Source: a virus. From it: DNA of 50,996 nucleotides. The notes under the pieces were generated by a model. The model saw nothing but the letters and a program-made list of their open reading frames with translations. It had not been told where the DNA came from and searched no databases. Both the position numbers and the translations under genes were made by a program. Below, piece by piece: positions 50,890-50,996 of the stretch. Position 1 is the first letter of the stretch. Each line of letters opens with the position of its first letter. The stretch lies in IMG/VR virus record IMGVR_UViG_3300032030_000120. One strand, 5' to 3'.

Positions 50890-50996
50890 GGGAGATGTCC
50901 TTTTCGAAGGAAGAATGATGGGTATGGAGACGGCATACCGGATAGTTTTAGAGGCTGAAGGAGAACATTCTCCTGCTGCGCAGGCACTCCGCAAGG
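50870..50996. repeat. Second copy of the 127-bp terminal overlap (duplicates the RBS and first 115 nt of CDS 13..441)
   Basis: Identical to bases 1-127. Confidence 0.95.

Overview
The window is a complete genome of about 50.87 kb from a temperate, siphovirus-type dsDNA phage. Bases 1-127 are identical to 50870-50996, so the contig closes on itself. A ribosomal-protein-L27-like NLQLFA cleavage motif and a phage-encoded Prp protease point to a Firmicutes/Clostridia-type host. Almost all lytic genes are on the + strand and tightly packed.

Module order:
- Recombination/replication: YqaJ exonuclease, DUF1351, RecT, RusA, and a DUF4373 replication organizer with an internal iteron + AT-rich ori (46.8-50.9 kb).
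- Early region of many small genes (0-9.5 kb), including a PAPS-reductase-like PP-loop enzyme, a C5 cytosine methyltransferase with six tandem target-recognition-like repeats, a tandem array of small paralogs, and a late-gene regulator.
- Packaging: TerS and TerL (10.0-11.9 kb).
- Head: portal, MuF/gp7 fused to a HEFGH metallopeptidase domain, Prp protease, scaffold, major capsid (11.9-18.3 kb).
- Connector and tail: tube, G/GT chaperone with a T_TTT_TTA -1 slippery site, 1160-aa tape measure, Dit, Tal, and a BppU/pectate-lyase-like receptor-binding protein (18.4-31.3 kb).
- Lysis region: C39-like peptidase, CBM-like protein, holin, 775-aa multidomain endolysin (31.8-36.0 kb).
- An eight-gene reverse-strand accessory operon (36.3-42.2 kb).
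- attP carrying the 3' half of a tRNA-Lys(CUU), arm-type repeats, and a tyrosine integrase (42.36-43.8 kb).
- Immunity region: ImmA-like peptidase, CI-like repressor, divergent promoter/operator, small early ORFs, a tRNA-like element, a Cro-like HTH and an Xis-like HTH (43.9-46.3 kb).

The most interesting candidate is the reverse-strand operon in the lysogenic-conversion slot. It combines an SNF2 helicase, an IbrA-like PAPS-reductase (PP-loop), an IbrB-like ParB-domain protein, two paralogous proteins of unknown function, an HTH protein and two more unknowns. I interpret it as a possible undescribed DNA-modification or anti-phage defence system. All functional calls come from motif reading by eye; no database search was run.
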